DNA of 64,000 bases. It comes from Reclinomonas americana ATCC 50394 (lineage: Eukaryota). Positions 35,901-47,900 of this stretch are shown one piece after another. The stretch is from NCBI GenBank assembly GCA_048213135.1, contig PS015118.1:90371-154370 (forward strand), written 5' to 3'. A program made the translations under genes and the position numbers. The notes beneath the pieces are model-generated. The model saw nothing but the letters and a program-made list of their open reading frames with translations. It made no database searches and was not told the DNA's origin. Positions within the stretch are counted from its first letter, which is position 1. Each line of letters starts with the position of its first letter.

Positions 35901-38900
35901 TTCGTCGCATAATATGCACGTACGCTGTGCCAATGATCATTGCTTGACGTGCATTGCTTCGTATTTTCAGTGCCTCTGGTGACAACATCGGCTGTCACTG
36001 ACGCAACTGCGAGTACTGCGACTCTTCGTGGACAGGTGAACCCAAATGCCACTGGGGCGACAACCAACAATGTATTCGAGGTGGCGCGGTCGGTAAGCTT
36101 GTTTGGTGCGCCGCCGACGGTCTCTACACTGGCCGGTACTGCTGGTGCCAGTGGCACGGCAGACGGCGTTGGCGCGGCTGCCCGGCTCTCGGCGTTGGCT
36201 GTGCGTCACAATTTGCGGTTTTCGGAGCAATTGCTGCGTGATGCACGAGATTTTCTCATGTGCCTTTTATGTCTCGCACAGCGCATGTGTGTTGATGTAA
36301 CTGGCACTGCATTTGTTGCCGAGAATGGGTGTGCCTACTCGTTTTCCGTATTCTTCCGCATTCCTTGTTGCTCACATTCTGTTGTTATTTCCAGATCGCA
36401 CACCATCCGCAAGGTCACCGCAGCAGGCGTCGTGAGCACTGTGGCGGGTCTGGCTGGCACCAGTGGATTCCTTAACGGCCCGATCTCTGTAGCCACGTTC
36501 AACTCGTTTCGTTCCCCTGCGCGTATCATTTGCGCCATTCACTACTCATCTCGCTTCGTAGCCCCTCTGATGTTGGATGTGACTTGGTGAACGGCGACCT
36601 GTACGTCGCGTCGGTAGGCGGCCTCCTTTTAGTCAACTGTTTTCCTTCGTCTCCATTGGTGACACTTTGCTTGTTGTAGACCCTGAACCATGCGATCCGC
36701 AAGATCTCCTCCGGTTACGTCTCCACTGTGGCTGGCTCCACTGCCGGCAGTGTCGACGGTCCGGGGAGTTCCGCCCTCTTCAACCAACCTTCCGGCATTG
36801 CGGTCGACACAAACTCCGCGTTCATATACGTCAGCGACTCTGGCAATCACACGATTCGGTGAGACTGCAGAAGCAAAAATTGCTACTGCGAGTACATTGC
36901 GGAAGTCGCTCACCGTTGTTTTTCTGCTTCTTTTTGTTTGTAGTCGTGTAACGTACAACGGCACAGTGACCACTGTGGCGGGAATGTCCGGCAGCACCGG
37001 TACTGTTGACGCGCAGGGATTGGCTGCCTCCTTCAACAATCCGACCGGACTGGCGTTGGATGTTGGTCGCGGTTTCCTGTATGTTGCCGACCNNNNNNNN
37101 NNNNNNNNNNNNAGGGGAATCATTCCATTCGGAGGATTGCGCTCGCTGCGATGACGGTGACCACATATGCCGGGTTGTCTGGGACCAGTGGGTGCCTGGA
37201 TGGAACGGCCACAGCCGCTCGGTTTATGTCCCCACAGTCGGTGTCGGTTGATACGGTCTCGAATACTGTATATGTTGCCGATGTTGCGACTTTGTTTGCA
37301 CGCTTTCCTCGTTCAACATTTGCAGTTTGCTCAGCACTCTTGTAATGTGGTCACTTGTGCTTGCAGACTGCGAATGATATTATACGTAGCATTACTAGCG
37401 ATCTCGCTGTGACAACCATTGCTGGTGCTTGCGGATTAGCGAGCACCGTGGACGGCATCGGATCGGCGTCTCGATTCAACCAACCGGTATGTGGCACACG
37501 ACGGGGGAATGCAGCACATGCTTGCTTGGATGTTCTTCCTTTATGCTCTCTGTGATTGCGGGCTTCTCTCACTCCGGCATTCAACGTCGTGTCTCGTGCG
37601 CATCTTTCCCTTGACGCGAGTGGCGTTCGCCGACATGCTTCTTGTGGCATCTTCTCATCTTTGCTCATTCGNNNNNNNNNNNNNNNNNNNNCTTGCGCGT
37701 CAACAGGCTGGTGTGGCCTTTGACCCCACGAGCTGGAGTCTGCTTGTCGCCGGTGTGTACTTGCGTTCACTGCGTTGTATGTTCATGTACTCGAACCAAC
37801 GACATTCGTGTCGGCAGGGCCACAAGGCGAAACTGTGCGACGTATCTCATTGCCGCCAAGTACGCTTGTGGCGTCCCCGAGTTCGGTCACAGGAACGACG
37901 AGCACTGCAGTGTCTCTCTCCCTCGCAGCACTACTGCCCCAGTCGTCGTACTTTTTCCGCTTGAAAGATACTGTGTCATTCGAGCGTGGAAACCTTTTAT
38001 CATTCACGACGCTCGGTACGTTTGTTGGACTCTGCTAGTCTTCAGTGTGATTGCGTGTCTTGTTTGATCTCACTCTACATTTCGTCGATACAGCGCCCTC
38101 GACAGCTGCACAGGCAGCCACCAATTTGTCGTCCACATCGGCCACCTTGAACGGCTTGGTGAATGTTCACGAAAGTGGTCCGCTGGCAGTGGCCTTCGAG
38201 TTGGCGCAAGTCACCGGCGCATTTGGCCGACCTGCGACTGTTGTACCGCTGGCGGGTTCAGCGGGCGGCAATGTCGATGGCTCTGGTGCTGCTGCGCAGT
38301 TTGAGTCGCCGACGGTGTGTCGCAGTTGTTCATTACGCGCGTTGGTGCGAATTCGTACTTTATTTGCTGATATGAGTGTGTTTTCCTGCGACGATGCGAT
38401 TGTGCAGGGTGTTACAGTTGACTTTCTGGGCAACGCCTACGTTGGGGACTCCATGTTGCGCTTATTTTCCTTGCCGTGTTTCATGATATTGCGCGCTACT
38501 CACGTTTCGGTGCATATGTGTAGCACGCATACGGTGCGCAAGATCTCCACCGCCGGTGACACGACGACGGTGGTCGGAAAGCCATACACCGCTGGTGGTG
38601 TTGACGGTCCCGTTTCTGTGGCCACGCTGAATACGTTGCGTTCGTTGCAATTCGTGCTTGTCGGTCGGCGTCTTTCTACGCCTTAATGATTTGCTGCTTC
38701 TCGTTTCAATGTGCAGTCCTATCGACATTGATCTGTGTGATGCCTCGGCGGAGTTCTTTATCGTCGATGTAAGTGGCGGTGGGGGTTATGGGGTGAGACC
38801 TTGCGTGCTTATTAACATGTTGGTGTCATTGTAGAACGGAAACAATAAGATTCGGCAATGGACATCTGGCTACGTGTCAACCCTTGCTGGACTGGGGGCA

Positions 38901-41900
38901 GGCAGCAGCGATTCGCCATCTGCTCAGTTCAATTCACCGAGTGCGGTGGCCGCCAGTTGCCTCGCTCGAGTCCTTTACGTTGCCGACACGGCATCTCACA
39001 CTATTCGGTACGTGCCAAGGTTGCTTTATCTTATTCGTGTGTGTGTTGACCCGTGAATGATACCTTTTGCTGTCACCTGACATATATGCACTCCCTTTTT
39101 TCCCCCTCCATTTTATCACACACTTCGTGCTTCCCGTTTTCAGCCCTGTACTCATTTACTCCCTCTCCCGTTTCTCGCTCGCAGGCAAGTGACATTCGAT
39201 GGCACGGTGACGACCATTGCAGGGACTGCAACTGTGTCAGGGAGTGCAGACGGCACCGGCAGTGCTGCTCGCTTCAATGCACCCAGTGCATTGGCGTTTG
39301 ACGTTCAGAACTCGATGCTATACATTGGCGATGTTGGCAACCATGCGATACGGCGGCTGAATCTGCTAACGATGGAGGTCGTGACATTTGCCGGAGGCGC
39401 CAATGCTGTGAATACTGTGGCTGGCCCATGCACGGCTGTTGTGTTTGATTCTCCTCGAGGACTGGCACTTGATCCGTACTCGGGAAATCTCTACGTCACC
39501 GACGTTGCGTTATCGCAGTTCAGCTGTTACAAAGCGAGTGGGTGCCTCACATTTTTCCCGTTCTCTGCTGCAGTATCAGAGTAATGCAGTGCGTGTGATC
39601 TCACCGTCGTGCATGGTGAGCACACTGGCTGGAGCCTACGGAGTCAGTGGATCGACAGTTGGCGATGGTTCGAGCAGCAGATTCCAGCAGCTGGTTGGTG
39701 TTTTTCTCTCTATCATGCAATTGAGTGCCGCGATACTTACCAGGTGTTCGCAGCGGGGTGTGGAGTTCTCGGCGGCCACACAGAGCTTGGTTGTTGCAGG
39801 TGATGATCAACTACCTGCTCATGATTGTTTCCGCAGCTGTACTTGTGTTTCTCACTACCTCCGCAGACGCAGCAGGTCACGTGATCCGACAAGTACAACT
39901 ACCTGCCTCCTCTATTCCCGGCACGCCGTCGTCTGTTGCCTCCGGCAGCACTGATGTTGCAGTGTCAGCAGCGGTGCAGCGACTGCAACCAGCGGTAACA
40001 TACAACGTGCGAGTGGCGGCTGGCACCTACCGTAGCTCCTCTGTGCCGTTTACCACGCCTGGTTTGCATCGATTACATGCTTCCATGTTTTGTTCCTGTG
40101 TGTGCCTGATAAGATCCGCTTATTGCGCCACGTAGGTGCGACTGTCGCAACTGCTGCGGCGACCAGTGTGGCATCCACAACGGCCGTTCTGAACGGCACC
40201 GTAAACGCTGGTGGCAGTCAGCCCGTAGTGACGGCCTTCAATGTTGCTCGCCAAGCTTCTGCATTGACCGCCAGCGTGACATCGTCGTTGGTTGCCGGAT
40301 CGGTCGGGATGACTGGCGATGCAGATGGTGCAGGAAACGTGGCCACGTTCCACGGCATGCGGGTATGTACACATCACACGGAGATGTTGTGTGTGCAATT
40401 TTCCTCACGCATATTACCTGTTTTTGTCCACCAGCACGTGTGTTTGGACATCAGCGGCAACGCCTACATTGCAGAATCTCAGTTGTGTTTCTCTACGTCT
40501 TCGTTTGTCGTCGTCCACTTGTCTTCTGACTTGTACCACGCAGCAATTCATTGGTTCGCAAAATGGACACCACCGGCAATGTCACCACCGCCGCTGGTGT
40601 GCGAGGCTCAAGCGGCATGGTGGACGGCCCCGTTGCAACGGCAACGCTGAATGGGTCTGTTTGTTATTCATCCTTTGTTGCCGAGTTCCTGGCCTCTCCC
40701 TCATTCGCTGCTTGCGTAGTCCGTATGGTGTGGCTGTTGATAACACTTCTGGTGATTTGTACATTGTCGAGGTGAGCAAGAGTCTGGCAGTGCGGACCTT
40801 GCCCCTTTTGTTGCTCATTTTGTTGATGATCACAGTCTGGCAACAATGCATTGCGACGTGTATCTGGTGGCTCGGTTTCCACCGTGTGTGGCAATGGATC
40901 CGTCGGCAGCAGCGACGGTGTGGCTTCTGCGGCGCAACTCAATCACCCCACCGGTGTGGCTGTGGATCCTCGCACGCAGTTGATATACGTTGCCGACAAG
41001 GACAATCACGCGATTCGGTGAGCCCCTATGGCGATGACGGTGATTGCTCGCTTCTCTTGCACTTATGTTTCAATGCATGCAGAATGGTTACGGTGTTTGG
41101 CAGCGTGACGACTGTCGCCGGCAGTACAGCCGCAGCTGGATCCACTGACGGAGTCGGAATCGATGCGAGGTTTATCGCCCCCACCGCCGTGGTGGTGGAT
41201 GCTGCACGCAGTGTGCTCTTTGTGTTGGATTCGGGTTCGCTTTCGGTTCGGCGCATGGACCTCGCCACTTTGACTGTATCGACGGTGACTGGACGGAGTG
41301 GCTTGGCGGGTGCCGTGGACGGACCGCCGTCAGTGGCACAGTTCAGTGCTGCCAACGGACTCGCATTGGATCCTGTGAGCGGCACGCTGTTTGTCGCCGA
41401 TGTTGCGGATCAATGCGTTTTCTCAAGTGATGGGTTCCGGCTGCTCATGGTGTTTTCCATTCTCTCGTTTTTTTTCACAGACGGACAGTCACATTATTCG
41501 TCAGGTTTCACCCGACGGCACTGTGCGCACCTTGCTGGGCTTGGCAGGAGCGTCTGGCTCCTCATCTGGCGATGCATCTGCGACTCGTTTCACGTCGCCG
41601 GTTTGTGTCTCGTGTCGTGGGTCAGCTTGAGGTCATTGCTCATCGTGAGGTGACAGATCGGTGTTGCATTTGATGCCACGAACATGGCTCTCTTAGTTTC
41701 AGGTGCAGTGTCACTTCTTTTGCTCCCTCCCTCTCCCCTCTCCCACCTCACTCACCTCCGCATTCACAGATGGGACGAACACTGTGCGGCGAGTAACCAT
41801 TCCGGCACCGGATGTTGCTGGCTCCCCGCCCTCAGTCACTGGTTCCAGCAGCGCCGCTGTGAGTCTATCAATCGGTCAACTCAGTCCACAGTCCGCATAT

Positions 41901-44900
41901 ATTTTCCGTGTTGGTCTCGACAATGGCACACACGGATCGGTGCTTAATTTCACCACGCTGTCGGGTGAGTTTCATGTTGTCGCGATTGCTGCTCTCAGAA
42001 CGCTTGAGGTTGACACGCATTTCGATTCCGCGAAGCGCCCACGGTGACCACTGGGCAAGCCACCGCGGTGTCGCACAATGCAATGACACTTGTGGGAACC
42101 GTGGTTGCGAGTGGCGCTGCTCAACCTGTGTTTGAGCTGGCAACGCAACAGACGCAATTCCTGTCCTCTATGTCGGTGACGGCGTTGGCAGGCGATCCAG
42201 CCAGCACTGGATCTACCGACTCGGCTAGCGGTGCCTCGGCACGTTTCAACCAGCCTGCTGTGCGTCGCCTGCACGCGTTATTTTTCCAACATTGGTCGAT
42301 GTCACTGACCTCTCTTCTCTCTTTGTGACGCACGCAGGGTGTGGCGGCTGATGGGAGCGGGAATGTGTATGTGGCCGATGCTGGGTGCGTTCTCTTTGCT
42401 GATTCGAAAATGACAACAATTGTACCTCATGTCGAAATTCTGTGCAGCAATCACGCTATTCGACTCGTGTCCGCGTCGGGTGTCGTGTCCACCTTTGCTG
42501 GATTGTTGGGAATGGAAGGGTCTGTGCGCTGTTTACTGTGATGATTACTTGTACTGTTTCCATTGTTAACGAGAGAACCATGTGCACCTCCAGATTCACC
42601 AACGGTGCACTTGCCACGGCCACCCTGCGATCGTTTCGTGCATTCTGCTTTGTCGCGCTCTTGCGTGGTTATTTTTTATGCTGACAAAGATCCGTTGCAG
42701 CCCGATGCATGTCAGAGTCGATGTGGCCACGGGTGATGCTTACATCGCAGATGTTGCGTTGGGTGGCGCATTTTTGGTTCATCTTTCCTTCGCGACAAGC
42801 TCACTTGTTTGTCATTGCAGTACGGCAATCATGCGGTACGGCGTGTAACTGGTGGCTCCATGTCGACACTAGCCGGCACTGGTAGCAGTGGAGCCGCGGA
42901 CGGCACCGGTACTGCTGCATCATTTTCGCAGCCGCGTGGCATCGCCATCGACAACAGCACCGGTCGTGAGTGCGTGTATGTGGCCGACTTTGGCAATCAT
43001 CTGATTCGTCGCGTGTCGTTCTCGGGAGTCACCACCACCGTGGCGGGCCAAGCTGGCGTTAGCGGCACATCAAATGGCTCCGCGCTGACTGCACACTTCA
43101 ACGGACCAACATCAGTGGCCGTGGATGTCTCCCGTCAACTCGTGTTTGTCGCCGATCGCAACAACTCTGTCATTCGTGCAATCGAGCTGGCCACTGGAAC
43201 CGTGTCTACGCTGGCGGGTATGGTATCTTCTACCGGCACGGCGGATGGCGTTGCGTCGGCAGCGCGCTTCAACCAGCCCGAGTCGATGGATTTGGATCCG
43301 CTGGCCAATGTCCTCTATGTGGCCGACGTTTCGTTTTCTGATTTGTTCGTCCTGTTGCTTTTCAAGCGCTCACTTCCCTTTTCTCTCTCTTGTTGCAGGT
43401 TGGCAACAAGATAATCCGTTCAGTATCGACCAACGATGTCACTGTCACCACGGTGGCTGGCGTGGCTGGCCAGGCGGGATATGCAAACGGCGCTGCCGCT
43501 GCCGCACAATTCAGCGATTTGGTGTGTGTACATTCTTGTGGTGGAGTGTCAGTGAGCTTCTCATGTTGTGTCTATCGTCTCCCATGCAGCGCGGACTGTG
43601 CATCAATCAGAAGCAGGGTTCATTGGCCGTCGTCAGTGCGTTCTGTGAGAATTGTTGCCTCACCGTTCGACATTCACTGACTGTGCATTGGCAGCCTCGA
43701 ATGCAATTCGACGGATCTCGCTCCCGTCGTGGCGTATCGGCGGCTCGGCGACGTTCACCGCCAACCAATTCAGCGCCGTTGCTATCGGGTTGCTGCCAAA
43801 CTCCACGTACCTGTACCGACTGACAGACACAACATCGGCACAACGTGGAACGATCTCACGTACAAGCACCACCACACGTACGCCGCTATTTGGGCATTCT
43901 TTCTCTGTGACACGGCGTGTTGGACGACGTTGCTCACTCGCGCGTTTGCAGTTCCGCTGCTGTCGACTGTGGCGGCGACCAATGCTTCCGCCGTATCTGC
44001 AATCCTGCAAGCGTCGCTGGTCCTCAACGGCGCACCGTCAGCCAATCCTCGATTCTCCATTGCGCTCACGTCGGATGCGTTCGGCTCGTCACCTCAAGTG
44101 TCTACCGTACCTGCCGCTGGCTTCAGCAGCTTGCAAGTGCGTATCGCTCGTACCCGCTGACTCGCACGGTTTACTCACTCACTACTGCCGTTGTGGAACA
44201 GAGCGTTGCGGTGGACAGTGTGGGGAACTTGGTGGTCGTCGACGCAAGGTGGGTGTTTGGCCATCCCATATATGTTAATGGGCTCCACTCATCTTGCGGT
44301 ATTTGTATCAGCCAACACACTGTGAGCTCCATTGACTCGACAACTGGTGCCGTTGTTCGACTGGCCGGGCAGCCCACGGTCAGTGGCTTCATCAATGGTG
44401 CAGCGCTGACTACAGCCAGGCTTTCCAGGTCTGCTGCCTGCATGTGCTCATTTTCGAGCGCTTTGCCATTTACTCACTGATTGTCTGTTTTGCAGCCCAT
44501 CGTATGTCATTGTCGACGCGTATTCGGCGCAAGTCTACATTTCGGATGTGCGTACGCTGATGTGAAGGCGGCATGCCTTGCTTATCTCACTCATTTTTTC
44601 TTGTATGTGTGTGTGTGTGTGTGAAACAGAGCAACAATCACGCATTGCGTCGACTGGCTGCCGGCACTGTGTACACTGTGGTTGGAAGCGGTCGACCTGC
44701 CTTCACGGATGGCATTGGCGCCGCCGCGCAGCTGTCGAGTCCACGTGGACTGGCCATGGACTACGTTGACGCTCAAGAGTGCATCTATGTGGCTGACTGG
44801 GGCAACCATGTTGTGCGGTTCGCACTATTGCTAATCGTGCCTCTCTTTGTCGTCTTCCTCAATTATTGTTCAGGCGCGTGTCCATTGTCGGTGTGACAAC

Positions 44901-47900
44901 CACCCTCGTTGGTCAAGCGGGCACTGCTGGCTCATCCGCCACCCTGCTCAATCACCCTTCTGGATTGGCCCTCGATCCGGTGGCAGGTGCATTGTATGTG
45001 GCTGACACCGGGAACAATGCCATTCGTCGCTTCAATCTGCAGTCGGGGATCATGACCACGGTGGCTGGTAATATGTCGGCCGCTCCCGCGCTCGCCGACG
45101 GCATCGGCACCAATGCACAATTCAGTAGTCCATCTGATGTGGCTTTTGACGTCCTCGGTGGTCTCCTCTATGTGGCGGACGTTGCGTTTATTGAATTGCA
45201 TCGTAGTGTGCAAGTAGCGTCTCATATTCTTTTCTGCAGACTGCCAATCATGCGATTCGGCAAGTGGATGCTGCCACTGGACAAGTGACGACGTCATTGT
45301 CGAGTGCGCTATCGTTGGCGGGTGCTGCTGATGGTCCAGCGACGAGTGCCAGCTTCCACAGTCCGGTTTCGTGAGATTGCTGTTGAGGGGTCTTGTATTT
45401 GAGTGAGCTTCACTGATGCTTTCTGCTGCTGCTGACACCAGGGCGCTCTCGTTCTTGATTCCATCAAATCGGGAGCTCTGTTCGTAGCCGGTTCGTGTCG
45501 CTTCCGCTCACCATTCGCATCCTTCTCTTGGCTGTCCCTTTGTTGCTTATCGTTCTGTATATGTGGTAGATACGGGGAACAATGTCGTGCGGCGTATCAA
45601 ACTCGCCGACTCGATTATCCCGACGATTCCTGCCGGGAACAACCCCATGTCACTAACTGCGTCGCCACTGCTCCCCTCCACAACGTACTTTTATCGTGTC
45701 ATCGACTTGTCGTCGCCGTTGCGCGGTGTGGTGCTGTCGTTCACGACGATTGCTTGTACTGGCGGCCTCACTGGACCCGTTTGCTCTTGTGAGTTCGTGT
45801 TCGCGCACCACCATCTGCTTGCTGGTTACTCATCGCATGCGTGAATCTGTAGCGCGATGCAACTGCCAAGGAAACTCTTCGTTTCGTACCTGGATTCGCC
45901 TTTTCTCCCATTCTATCTTTGCTCACAGGTCGCTCTTCCCTTTACGACACGCAGATGTGTTTCGAGTGGCGGCGGCCTCACCTGCCAGTGCCCGGCGGGT
46001 CGGTATGGCCGGCGCTGTGCTGGCATTTGCCCGTCGTGCAGCAATGGTGGCACGTGTGATGACGGCGTGCAAGGCAGTGGTCTTTGTCGATGCACGGCGC
46101 TGCGCGATCCGTCAGGAAATTGCGGGACATGCCTTCCGCACGTGTCGGCGTCCGCGGGGTGCAACAACTGTGAGGGCGGTTGGTACGACAGTCGATGCAG
46201 CACTGCGTGTCAGTGTCAGAACGGAGGTGTGTGCTCTGACGGCGTGACGGGCAATGGATCATGCTCGTGTCCTCCGCTGTTCGACACGGATGCTGTGTGT
46301 GGAGGAGGTGAGAATGATGGAGATGCAACAGCTTTCCTTGCCCGCTCATATCTCTCTCTCGCGCATCGCTGCAGGGTTCCAATCATTTGCACCATCCGCG
46401 GTAGCCACTGCTGGAGGCAATGCATTATTGACGCTGCAGGGTGTGAATCTCACGCTTGCATTGCTGCGTGGTGCACGTCTCGAACTCGGCACAAGTGATT
46501 GTTCGTTCGGAGTGGCACCGCCGGCGTCTGCCATTGTGCGCAGCTTTATGCTGGCGGACTTTGTGGCAACTAGTCCCTCAGAGCTGCAGGTGGCCATTGG
46601 CGGAGCGCCGTTGACGCCGTCGGGGAGGTGGAGCGTGTGTATTGATGTGGACAGTGTTCACAGAAGAGCTGGAACTCACTCGAAACTCGGGACCACGGAG
46701 CTTGTCGTCGGTGTGTGTGGGGGGTTGTCGGTACTGTGTGCGCGTGTATGTTCTTGAGTGGTGATTGATTGGATTCCGCTGTTCCATCAGTTGGTGTTGA
46801 CTCCTTCTCACCACGAACCCTGTTGGCCACCGACTCTTCTGCCGCCCTGATTCTGAGCGGATACAGTCTTCAACCTGGAGCAAATGTGCGCTCTGTGTTC
46901 CTGGTTCCCTTGCAGTCATCCACCGCCGTTGGAGCCTGTTCGGCATCGCCAGTTGCCAGTCGGCTTTCATGCTCACTGTCTGCGAGTGCCTCTACCGCCG
47001 ATACGCAACTGGTAATCGTTGTTCCTTCTGGTGGTTTGCCAGCAACTGTGTATCAGGTGTGAACATGATTGTTGGTGATTGTGCACACATAACCTGGCCT
47101 CATCAATGACTCGCAGATTTGTGTGGACTACACACTCAATTCGCCTGGAACACTGATTCCCATTGTCGGCACACCACTGCTGTATGCCGGTCGCGTCGAC
47201 ACTCTGATCACCACGGCTGTCGCGGCATTGGATGCGACAGCGGCTGTGGAGCTGCACGGTTTGTGTATGTTTGTGTATGCGATGGACACACTGTTTGACA
47301 AGACGATCTTCTCACCGTGTCTCTGCGTTAAGGAATCGGCCTGTCACCGCTGTCCATCCGGCGTGTGGTATTCGATCCCACCGGTGCCTGCGACACAACT
47401 GCAAGCACATTTGTTGTCGTTCCCGGTTCCTCGGTGATCGTACCCGATCCCTCCGTCATTGACGGCAGCGCAATCAAGGTGCCGCTCGGCTCTGACGGCA
47501 ACCGCGGGCTTGCGCCAGGCGTGTATGCCGTGTGCGTGGAGTGGACGGCGGCACCCATTGGTCGCCTCGTCCGCGTGGGTCCGGGCGACGGCACTCAGTC
47601 GGTTCACACGGGTAAGTTGTACGAGACGACGAGTTCAGTTGCTGCTATTGTATTCCACTGACGCGCACGTCTGCCTTCCACAGCCATTGCGACCACCATG
47701 CAGCCGCTCACCCTACTCCCGAACACTCCGCAGTCCACACTGACGCTTTTCGGCGTGGCGCTGGACATGGCGCTGAGTGTGTTGTCGGTGGAGTTGCAAC
47801 TCGGCTACGCCTGTCGGCCGGCAGGGACCGGTGTGATCGTGCAACCGACGACGGTGACAACGACAATCGACAAGACGCAACTGCGGATGTTGTTGGCCAA

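Noticed and set aside
16011-46307. Teneurin call (NHL + EGF + FN-like)
   Set aside because: No YD/RHS shell or toxin-like C-terminus is visible, the domain order differs, and the protein continues into REJ-GPS-PKD1-type TMs.
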